Positions 54,008 through 64,000 of a stretch of 64,000 nucleotides of DNA are shown piece by piece. A program made the translations under genes and the position numbers. How positions within the stretch are numbered: position 1 is the stretch's first letter; each line of letters starts with the position of its first letter. The stretch is from Octopus sinensis. Its lineage: Eukaryota. Below the pieces are notes generated by a model. The model did no database searches. It was not told where the DNA came from and saw only the letters and a list, made by a program, of their open reading frames with translations. The stretch is from assembly GCF_006345805.1 (NCBI RefSeq), contig NW_021832229.1, forward strand, positions 1-64,000, written 5' to 3'.

Positions 54008-54594
54008 GTAAGTGTAGTAAAACATCTCAGATCATGTGAAATAGTGCAACCTATGACAGCATGAAAAACGAATGTTAAATGATGATGATACACAAACATG
54101 TTAATTGTATTTCTGATTTTCATTGCAATAATTAATTTGTTTATATTATAAATAAAAACATCAACTTCATTTCGCATGAAAATGATTAGTTTGATGATTT
54201 GTTGATTCATATTTTGAATTTGCAAAGGTGAGGACCAGGATGCATTTATGTATAAGTTGTCTCCCTTCTACTACAATTCTTTCTCTAGTTGGTACAAAAG
54301 CGTATGTGGGCGTACGTTTAGGTGTTTTGCATCTCTCTGTACGTGTTTGTGTATGTATGTTCAGAGCCAGGGCTTAGAGTGATAACCAAGGTGAAGTTGC
54401 AGTAGCGAAACAAAACAAAGGCGGCCAACGCCTGCTATCCATCTCTGCAGTGTTTTCCAACCCTTTCCTTAACCTTCACCTGAATAACGACAACATGAAA
54501 AATCCATAGTTTGCGCTCAGAGGATGGTAGTACTTCCAAGGTGCTTGCGTGCATAGCAAAAACACTCTGTCACCCACAGCTGTAATGTATAAAT

Positions 54595-54737
54595 TCTAAC
54601 ACCAACTCCTAAATCCTAACTCTAAACACCAACCCTAACCCCAAAGCCCAAAGCCAAATTAGCATTGGGGTTAACTTTTAGGGTTGGGTCGGGTTAGGGC
54701 TGAAGGTTATGGTTGGGTCAGGTTTTCGGGTTGGGTT
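54595..54737. repeat. degenerate telomere-like repeats in inverted (CCCTAA-like ... TTAGGG-like) arrangement
   Basis: CCTAAATCCTAACTCTAAACACCAACCCTAACCCC followed by GGGGTTAACTTTTAGGGTTGGGTCGGGTTAGGG. Confidence 0.6.
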
Positions 54738-54998
54738 CGATGAGCATTAGCGTTAATTGTTTCTCTATCTTATTTTCTCTTTCGTACACGATTACCTCGA
54801 CATAGGCTCACCATGTTCGTCTTACAGCTGCTACTCATCATTCATATAGTTGCTTCCATCTCTGTGCATTACTCTTTTCTTTCCTAATAAGTCTTGTCCC
54901 CCTCTTGAAGTAGAAGACATCTTGTTATATTTCGGTAACAAATGTTTAATTATGCCCCATTCCCTACTACAATAGGATAAATGTAACCAAGGAAGGTA

Positions 54999-56176
54999 CA
55001 GTGCCTTGCAAAAGTCTACACTCGCTTTGGAAACTGGATGTATTTTGTTTATTTTGATAGGAACAATTAATATTGAAATAATTTGTTGAAATAAGCAGGT
55101 CTATCACATTTTTATTTAATACACAAAATACATTTGAAAAATTTAAAACAGATTCTTAAACAAAGATAATTTTGAAAAATGTTTTTTCAAAAGTCTACAC
55201 CCGCTTTGGAATGTCTTCAGATAATACTTTGTGGATGATCTTGTAGACGCCTCGGGTAGCCTTCCAGGAGCTTGCTGCAGTTGTCTGCTGACGGTTTTCA
55301 CCATTTTTCATGGCAGAACTTCTCAAGCTGCGTCAGATTGGATAGGGATGTCTGTGCCCAGTCAGCTTTAGATCTCGCCATAGATTTTCTATAGGGTTGA
55401 GGTCTGGAGCCTTGCTGGGCCAATCCAAAACTGTGATTTTCTTGCTAGCAAACCAAGCTTTAGTGCTTTTTGACACATGCTTGGGGTCGTTATCTTGTTG
55501 AAACTTGAAATTGCGACCCAAGTGCAGAGCTCTAGCAGACTTCAGCAGGTTTGCCTCCAATATTTCTTGGTACTTGACACTGTCCATGTTACCTTGGATG
55601 GTTACCAACTCTTCAGGCCCTGCAGCTGAAAACCAGCCCCAAAGCATGAGCGAGCCACCGCTGTGCTTTACAGTGGGGACGATGTAACGAGGTCGGTGAG
55701 CAGTGCCTTTTTTTTGCCTATGTAGCGTTTTTTTTCTCCAAAAATAACTCAACTTTGGTCTCATCTGACCACAAAATCTTTTGCCACATGGTCATGGAAT
55801 CATTGATGTGACTTTTGGCAAAGTTTAGCCTAGCTTGCTTGTGTATAGGCTTCAGAAGGGGCTTTATTCTAGCTACCCTCCCTTGCAGGCCAGACCGGTG
55901 CAATACTCTGGAAATTGTAGAAGTATGGACATCTGTCCCAGTACTGGAAACTGAAGCTTTCAAGTCTTCCAGTGTTGCACTAGGGTTGGAGGTTGCCTCT
56001 CTGACCATTTTTGACTTTGCTCTTGCAGCAAGTTTGCTCGGTCTCCCAGATCTTGGTAGGGTAGCAGTGGTTTTGTGCAATAACCACTTCTTAATTACAG
56101 TTTTAACAGTGCTTAGGGGCAATTCTAAAGTTTTTGCAATCTTTTTATAGCCATTGTTTTCTTTGAAGTTTTGAAA
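54999..56176 (-). mobile_element. Tc1 (DD34E) transposon, frameshifted, 5-prime end lost at a SINE insertion
   Basis: TA|CAGTGCCTTGCAAAAGT end. ORFs 55718-56122 and 55333-55764 give LPRSGRPSKL, ILWSDETKVELF, PTVKHSGGSLMLWG and QQDNDPKH-x-PDLNPIENLW (34 residues D to E). Confidence 0.92.
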
Positions 56177-56725
56177 GGACAGACAAACGGATTAAATCGA
56201 TTTTATCGACATCAGTGCGTAACTGGTACTTATTTAATCGACCCCGAAACGATGAAAGGCAAAGTCAGCCTCGGTGGAATTTGAACTCAGAACATAGCGG
56301 CAGACGAAATACCCATTTCTTTACTACCCACAAGGAGTTAAACACAGAGATGACAAACTAGGACAGACGGATTAAATCGATTACATCGATCCCAGTGCGT
56401 AACTGGTACTTAATGTATCGATCCCGAAAGGATGAAAGGCAAAGTCGACCTCGACGGAATTTGAACCCAGAACATAACGGCAGACGAAATAACTATTTCT
56501 TTACTACCCACAAGGGGCTAAACACAGTGGGGACAAACAAGGACAGCCAAACGGATTAAGTCGATTATATCGACCCCAGTGCGTAACTGGTGCTTAATTT
56601 ATCTACCCCGAAAGGATGAAAGGCAAAGTCGACCTCGGCGGAATTTGAACCCAGAACGTAACTGCAGACGAAATACTCGCTTAGCATTTCACCCGGCGTG
56701 CTAACGTTTCTGCCAACTCGCCGCC
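56177..56725 (-). mobile_element. SINE trimer (one head plus three ~180-bp units)
   Basis: Unit marker GGATT at 56189, 56369 and 56553. Head GGCGGCGAGTTGGCAGAAACGTTAGCACGCCGGG at the right end. Confidence 0.9.
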
Positions 56726-56920
56726 TTAGTAGAAAAGAATGTTAAGTAAAATCAGGATTAAGTCCATTTGAAATGGGGGAAGCCAGGTTTTAATAGGCAA
56801 ACTAACAAATTGGCTAGACCTTAGCAAACCTTTATAAGCAGAGCTAATTCATTCACTCGGTTTCTTTTTTCTGTTCAACTGGTCTCTGGAAGCTTGTTTA
56901 GCATATATATTTTGTATTAG

Positions 56921-57005
56921 GCATTTATGGATTTATTTCATTCGCCAGGAATTCGCCAGAACTTTTTACTTGTCAGTTTTAAAATAATTTCTGTGCCACA
57001 TCTGG
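56921..57005 (+). CDS. candidate coding exon (AFMDLFHSPGIRQNFLLVSFKIISVPHL-G)
   Basis: Acceptor ATTTTGTATTAG|, donor TGG|GTGAGT. Only the phase-0 frame is open, matching the preceding candidate exon. Confidence 0.5.
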
Positions 57006-57145
57006 GTGAGTACAAGAATCTTTTAAGTTATGTTATTGTAATATTTATGTGAATTTTGAACCCTGCATTTGTGGAAGGATGTGTTAAGATAAATGTTGAA
57101 ACATTTATATAAATAGCTAGAGGATGTATGAATTAATTTTTCAGG

Positions 57146-57176
57146 TTGCCAATTTTTTGCATTAGACAAGCAAAGG
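57146..57176 (+). CDS. candidate 31-nt coding exon (G-CQFFALDKQ-R/S)
   Basis: Acceptor AATTTTTTCAG|, donor AAG|GTAAAT. Phase 1 to 2, continuing the previous exon across a 140-nt intron without a stop. Confidence 0.5.
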
Positions 57177-57285
57177 TAAATTTTGTCTAATGGTTACTCA
57201 GCATGTTTGTAACGAAGCAGTTTCGTGTGAATTTAAAACCAACAAGATTCTTTTGGTTTGACTATTTAATTTTTTGGCGAATAAA

Positions 57286-58030
57286 GAGGACAAACAAGGA
57301 CAGACAAAGGAATTAAGTCGATTACATCGCCCCCTGTCCGTAACAGGTACTTATTTAATCGACCCCAAAAGGATGAAAGTCAAAGTCGACCTCGGCGGAA
57401 TTTGAAATCAGAACGTAAAGCGTACTATCGTTTCTGCCAGCTCGACGCATTTTATCGAATAATGTTAAATAAACAGAAGGCGGCGATCTGGCAGAACCGT
57501 TAGCACGCCGGGCGAAATGCGTAGCCGTATTTCGTCTGCCGTTACGTTCTGAGTTGAAATTCCGTCGAGGTTGACTTTGCCTTTCATCCTTTCGGGGTCA
57601 ATAAATTAAGTACCAGTTATGCACTGGGGTCGATATAATCGACTTAATCCGTTTGTCTGTCCTTCTTTGTCCCCTCTGTGTTTAGCCCCTTGTGGGTAGT
57701 AAAGAAATAGGTATTTCGTTTGCCGCTATGTTCTGGGTTCAAATTCCGCGGAGGTCGACTTTGCTTTTCATACTTTCGGGGTCGATAAATTAAGTACCTG
57801 TTGCGTACTAGGGTCAACCCAATCGACTTGCCCTCTCCCACAAAATTTCGGGCTTAGTGCCTGCAGTAGAGAAGAATGTTCTTTTCTACTCTATGCACAA
57901 CACCCGAAATTTTTGGGGAGGATGTCAGTCGTTTAGATCGACCCCAGTACGCAACTGGTACTTAATTTATCAACCGCAAAAGGATGAAAGGCAAAGTCGA
58001 CCTCGGCGGAATTTGAACTCAGAGGGTAAA
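57286..58030. mobile_element. cluster of three SINE copies in alternating orientation (- 57286-57448, + dimer 57479-57876, - 57879-58030)
   Basis: Same head, core and tail motifs as 37133 and 56177, arranged head-to-head then tail-to-tail. Confidence 0.85.
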
Positions 58031-58135
58031 GATAAGAAGCGAAGTATCTTTTCTATTTTTGGCACAAGGCCCAAAATTTTTGGGGAGGTGGCCAGTCGAT
58101 TACGGTTTAATATTTACAAAATATCTCTCTGTCTG

Positions 58136-58176
<41 letters not shown>

Positions 58177-60125
58177 GCCCCCTCTCGTCGCTTCTATACG
58201 TATTGACTCTCGAGCCATTATTGCGGAAGCTGGCAACTTTGAGGGGCATCCCGCGAGAACTGGGATGCGGGATGAGCGTGTCTGCATACGCGGACGACGT
58301 CACCGTCATAGTGTCTAGCCACGAGCACATCGAGCAGGTCGGCGAGACACTGAAAAACTACGAAGCGGTGACAGGAGCGAAAATCAACCGGGAAAAGTCA
58401 GTGGGCTTGCGACTAGGCACCTGGAGAAGCAAGCCCATGCCGTCCACCAGCGCATCCGTCGTGGGATGCTGGACCGACGGCCCGGTTGAGTTGCTCGGGG
58501 TCTGGTTTGGTCCAGATCTCCAAGTGGAGAAGAACTGGAACAAGATAACGAGTAGGGTGGTCACTCTCGCCCGGCAATGGGCCGAGAGGAAACTGTCCCT
58601 AAAAGGTCGGGCGGAGGTGGCGAACACGTACATCGTGTCCGTCATCTACTACCGCCTGACCGTCGTACCTTGTCCCGACCCTACCATCACCAAACTACAA
58701 CGCATTCTCTTTCGCTTCTTGTGGAAAGGATGCATCCCGATGGTCAGGCGATCCATTTGCTGTCAACACCCATTAAAAGGAGGACTGGGCATGCCGTGGT
58801 TGATGATGTGCAGACACGCGCTGAGACTGCGACATCTCTGGCTCTATGTAGACGACGGTGAACAGGTGTGGTCGCCGTTTGTGAGGCACGCTTTCCCGCA
58901 GCTCGTCTCCATGACCGAACTGCAGTCGTGGATCAAAAAGAGGCCGAGGAAGGGCAAATGACACCGCGAGTGTCGCGTTGCTCTCAAGCAACTCTGCCGT
59001 CCTGGGTCGACCTTGAGTGACTTCAACACAACCAAAGCATTCTATAGGGGATTAGTGGAGAGGAGGTACGACGACGAGCTCGGGGTGAACCTGAACGTCG
59101 ACGAGGAGTACCTGACCCGCCTGTTCAGGACGACTTTCAAGCCAGGGCCCATGGACAACTTCCAGAGATCCCTGGCCTGGCAGTGTTACCGAGAAGCGCT
59201 ACCCGTTCGGGATAAGCTCTACAGACACGGCTCAAGAAACACGGGGCCGACCTGCCCGAGATGCGGTCAGAGCGACGAAACCGTTCTGCACGCACTCGTG
59301 CAGTGTCCAACAATTTCCGACCTGTGGGCTTATGTCGAACAACTGCTGTCACGTGTGGGACGAGTCGGTTTATCAGCTGAGTCTATCGTCAATATTGTCA
59401 CGCCTCCTTCCTTCAAATGGGAAGGAAGAGCTATTTTCATCATCCTTGTGGCTATGGCGAAAGAATGTATCTGGTGGACGCGTTTGAAAGGATTGGAGAC
59501 AAACACTTTCCTCTCTGGTCAATCTCTCATCAACTTCTTCAAGTACCACTTGAAGAGGAAAGTGAGAGTAGAGAGGCAAGTTTTGTCTAGCGAATGTTTT
59601 AAAAAAAGATGGGTGAATGTAGCAAGGATGGCACGTATGAATGACGAAGCCACCTTGAGCATAATCCTATGAACCCAGAAATTGAAAACAGAGGGTTACC
59701 CACTTGCAAACAAATGTGGTAACATATAACAATATTGACCAAGGTTACCATGGTCTTTTTCGTAGGCTTTTCTTCCCACGGATAAACCTTACTTGCTTTC
59801 CCCTTTACACCATATATCATAACACTGTGATACATGATCCCTATTGATCGTTCTTTTTCTCCTCTTCCCCTTTTTTCTTCTTTTTACATTTCTCTTTTCT
59901 TTTGTTCCTTTTCCTTTTTTTTTTCTTTTTATTCTTTTTATTTTTTATTTTATTTATTTTATTTTTTTTTTGTTCTTTTCTTCCCTTTTACGATCCCTCT
60001 TGATCGAAAACCTATGCCACCCCTTTTTTTTCTTTTGTTTTTTGTTTTCTTCATCCCCCAAAAGAAAAGCTCTACCTTGTAACTTGTCCCATCTGTGTGC
60101 AGCCCTGTGTGGCCAATAAAGAAAC

Positions 60126-60126
<1 letters not shown>
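58177..60126 (+). mobile_element. 5-prime-truncated Tx1/L1-clade LINE (RT C-half, CCHC knuckle, 3-prime UTR)
   Basis: PLSSLLYVLTLEPLL, SAYADDVTV, LLGVWFG, KLSLKGRAEVAN and KGGLGMP, then CPRCGQSDETVLHALVQC. ORFs 58059-58961 and 59013-59672 are in the same frame, split by one TGA. T-rich UTR with AATAAA at 60115. (TATC)n on both sides. Confidence 0.92.
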
Positions 60127-60892
<766 letters not shown>

Positions 60893-60968
60893 TTGTGTGT
60901 GTGTGTGTGTGGTTGTATGTTATTTACGATCAAACATATGTGTATATATTCGTGTATGGATAGGTATG

Positions 60969-61366
60969 GGATCTTTTCTGTTTGAACGGCAGTTTTTTCT
61001 AGCGGTGTCATATGAAATTGTCACCCATAATTATGACCCTAGTATCGATCTATTGCATTTCAATCTGTTTTAGGGTTAGGGGTGGGGGGAAGGTTATCTT
61101 TTTTTCTTCAGAAATGTAAATAAACCCAATCTGTTTCTTAAACGAGGGACATATTCATACAGCACAGAATGTTTTTTTACCTCAATAGACGTCATTGATT
61201 GGTTGAAATTGCAGAAATTGAAGAAAAACAACAACAAATATCATGCAAACCATAGAATTTTCTCAATAAAGCCAAGAGAAACACATTCTACCAGTATACG
61301 AAATTTAAAAGTGTTTATTTACGTGGAAAATATTTTAAAAAACTGCCGTTCAAACCGAAAAGATCC
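60969..61366. mobile_element. MITE with 30-bp TIRs
   Basis: GGATCTTTTCTGTTTGAACGGCAGTTTTTT versus its reverse complement at the right end (1 mismatch). 8-bp flanks TAGGTATG/TTGGTTTG match 6 of 8, a possible decayed TSD. Confidence 0.8.
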
Positions 61367-61406
61367 TTGGTTTGTATAAAGCAAGCCATATGCACTTCGA
61401 TATATC

Positions 61407-61447
<41 letters not shown>

Positions 61448-61449
<2 letters not shown>

Positions 61450-61663
61450 TACTACTAGCGAACAGTGGTCCCGGTGCGCGCACTCGCACATCTGCGCTAG
61501 CTAGTCATAAGTAGTCGATCCTACAACGACTTTTTAACCCTAAACCTAACCCTAGTTTGTTTATAAAAATAATTTATTTACTTAGTTTAAAAAATTGTAG
61601 GATCAACTACTTACGACTAGCTAGTGAGGATGCGCACCGGGACTACTGTTCGCTTGTAGTACC
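61448..61663. mobile_element. 216-bp MITE-like fold-back element in a (TA)n site
   Basis: 32-bp TIR GGTACTAC(T/A)AGCGAACAGT(G/A)GTCCCGGTGCGC, a second ~30-bp inner inverted repeat (61497-61526/61595-61624), TA on both sides. Confidence 0.85.
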
Positions 61664-61685
61664 TATATATATATGTGTGTGTGTG

Positions 61686-61945
61686 TTGGCTCAAAAGCAA
61701 ATAGCAAGGCCATGTAGGGGGACATGGAGTTAAGTACAGGGTGGTGTTCATGTAAAGAGTTCAGGCCACTTGAGGTCAAGGGAGGCTTTGAACAAAGCGG
61801 TCGTCGGCATCTTCACCATCTCGTCTGGCAGCTTGTTCCACGGATCCACAACCCGGACGGAGAAAGCTCCTCTCCTTCGATTGAGATGAAATCGTCGCAG
61901 GTAGAGCTTTTCGGAATGACCCCGCAGCCGACGCTCTGTGTGCGT
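61686..61945 (-). mobile_element. CR1-clade LINE 3-prime end
   Basis: RLRGHSEKLYLRRFHLNRRRGAFSVRVVDPWNKLPDEMV...FKASLD (ORF 61748-62014), the typical CR1 C-terminal motif, followed by a short UTR. Confidence 0.85.
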
Positions 61946-62081
61946 AGAGTTAATAAAACCATCTGCGAGTACATATGCGTATATATGGATGTGTATATAT
62001 ATAAAAGAGTCCATATTTTATGCATATATATAAATATTTGGATGTATTCTCATAACCATATACCTACATACACATATAGAT

Positions 62082-62115
<34 letters not shown>

Positions 62116-62264
62116 TATGTGAAATAGAAAGATGAATAATCTTGTAGTAGATTAATCAAAAGTTTAACCGATACCTTAGTAGCAAAAATCACAGCAGTAA
62201 ACAGCACGGTTGGAGGTACAACCATCTGGCGTTGCAACCGTGCGTTGGTGCGGATAATTGAAAT

Positions 62265-62730
62265 TAAAACATTATTGGTGAATTGAAGAAATGGAGCTGA
62301 ACGCAGATTGAACAGAAATCGTTTTATTTCATTCTACATGTGTTTCGAAAGGCACAAATTACCAAAATCCGATTGAATAATGGGACCATATTGTGTCTTT
62401 CTCTTCAGGAAGAAAAAAGGAAATCCGTTGGAAAAACAAAAACAGAACAGAGGCGGAGCAAAAACAAATCGAACTATGCTCCTAAGAGCCCATGGCGAAA
62501 CTGTTTCGCCATGGGCTCTTAGGAGCATAGTTCGATTTGTTTTTGCTCCGCCTCTGTTCTGTTTTTGTTTTTCCAACGGACTTCCTTTTTTCTTCCTGAA
62601 GAGAAAGACACAATATGGTCCCATTATTCAATCGGATTTTGGTAATTTGTGCCTTTCGAAACACGTGTAGAATGAAATAAAACGATTTCTGTTCAATCTG
62701 CGTTCAGCTCCATTTCTTCAATTCACCAAT

Positions 62731-62739
<9 letters not shown>
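62265..62739. repeat. 475-bp near-perfect palindrome (237-bp arms, 1-nt centre) with a truncated hammerhead-like motif at the axis
   Basis: Two mismatches seen between arms. The axis reads CTAAGA-gcc-cat-ggc-GAAAC-T-GTTTC-gcc-atg-ggc-TCTTAG. Confidence 0.95.
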
Positions 62740-62763
<24 letters not shown>

Positions 62764-63129
62764 CGTGCGTCTAAGCGTTGTTTGTGTGTCTACATAGCAA
62801 CCTGCAGGAGGCAAGAAAGTTGATTGGGGATGAAGACTCATTTGTGTGTAACAGGTTTATCGCCTCATTCTGTGTGTTAAATTGTTTTTATTTGTAATTG
62901 ACTTTTTAGTCCATAAATTGGAATAATTGTAAAATGTAAGAGTTAATACCTCATTCAGTGCTTTTTAAAAAAGAACAATGTTTTAGAGAAGCAAAAGTCA
63001 GTGGGCACTTTTTGTCTTCTCCCATCCTTATCATCCTTCTATCATTAGCATTCATCTCATTAATGTCCGTGTCCAGCCCGCAAGCTATTTTACTCTATGT
63101 ACTGCCTTTATGGCAACTTTAATAAAATA

Positions 63130-63480
63130 AAGTAGCTTGCTTACCAACCACACGGTTCCGGCTTCAGACCCACTGCATGGTACCTTGGGCAAGTGTCTTC
63201 TACTATAGCCTTGGGCCGACCAAAGCCTTGTAAATGGATTTGGTAGATGGAAACTGAAAGAAGCCCGTTATATATATGTATATGTGTGTGTGTTTGTCCC
63301 ACCACCAGACCTTGGCAATAAATGTTGGTGTGTTTACTCACCGCAGCTAAGTGGTTCAGCGAAAGATGCCAATGGAATAAGTACTAGGCTTACAAACAAT
63401 AAGTCATGGGGTCAATTCGTCTGACTAAAAGGCAGTGCTCCAGCATCGCCGCAGTCAAACAGCTGCAACAAATAAAAGAA
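63130..63480 (+). mobile_element. 5-prime-truncated SINE of the 47305 family
   Basis: AGTAGCTTGCTTACCAACCAC...GGAAACTGAAAGAAGCCCG...GTGCTCCAGCAT is shared with 47305-47735. Confidence 0.85.
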
Positions 63481-63488
63481 ATATATTT

Positions 63489-64000
63489 GACAGGCTTGGA
63501 AGGACTGGAAGAACGGTGGTAGCAGGGAATTGTATCAGACAGCCAGAAGGGAAGCTAGGAGACAGGTTTATTTAGCCAGAGGGGAAGTGGATAAGAAAAA
63601 ATTTGCCAATGTTCTGCGCCGTGAGGATGAAAGACTTGAGGTATTTCGTGTTGCAAGACAGTGTGTGAGAGAGAATCGTGATGTGGTAGGAGAGAAGTGT
63701 GTTCGCATGGATGATGGTTCACTTGCGCTAAATGAGGATGCAAAGAGAGAGGTTTGGAGACGTCACTATGAAAGGTTGCTGAATAAAGAAAATGAATGGG
63801 ATAAAGAGAGTCTGCCGAATGTTGACCCAACAGAGGGACCAGCTATCCGAGTTGATAGTTCCGTGGTAGCCAAGGCAATTAGAAGCATGAAGACAGGGAA
63901 AGCCCCAGGCCCATCAGGAATTACTGCAGAGATGCTCAAAATATCTGGCAGTGTCGGCTATAACCTAGTCACCCGTATAGTCAACCAGATGATACACGAA
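63489..64000 (+). mobile_element. 5-prime-truncated RTE-clade LINE, open frame running off the window
   Basis: 63491-64000 is an uninterrupted 170-codon frame: QAWKDWKNGG...VWRRHYERLLNKENEW...AIRSMKTGKAPGPSGITAEMLK. Confidence 0.88.

Noticed and set aside
54595-54737. Chromosome-fusion scar
   Set aside because: Orientation is opposite to a fusion signature and the tracts are short and degenerate.
62590-62630. CTGAAGA-GAAAG...GTC as an additional hammerhead
   Set aside because: No stem II between the core halves and no stem I.
62334-62670. Mirror-image ORF pairs on both strands
   Set aside because: A direct consequence of the palindrome, with no recognisable domain.

Overview
Eukaryotic, repeat-dominated window. 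The SINE and microsatellite landscape suggests a cephalopod (Octopus-like) genome; this is inference. Bases 1 to ~35290 are one uninterrupted 17-bp tandem array (consensus AGACAATAAGAGCATCC) with higher-order structure. The ~200 minus-strand ORFs there are artefacts of a stop-free strand. The remaining 29 kb is a nest of tRNA-derived SINEs, decayed Tc1/mariner elements (DD34E, mariner-type, DD37D-like, DD41D), LINE fragments (RTE, Tx1/L1, CR1), one internally deleted Gypsy LTR element, MITEs and microsatellites. No intact transposon ORF is present. Two signals are not explained by routine repeat annotation. (1) Four long inverted duplications (41.6, 42.6, 48.2-49.3 and 62.3-62.7 kb) each carry a degenerate minimal type I hammerhead-ribozyme motif, in three cases at or next to the symmetry axis. 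One is a tRNA-headed SINE with a hammerhead-like tail, pointing to Penelope-like mobilisation. (2) A phase-compatible chain of four small plus-strand candidate exons lies in the unique islands between repeats and suggests an unidentified host gene. All coordinates were read by eye and element boundaries may be off by a few bases.
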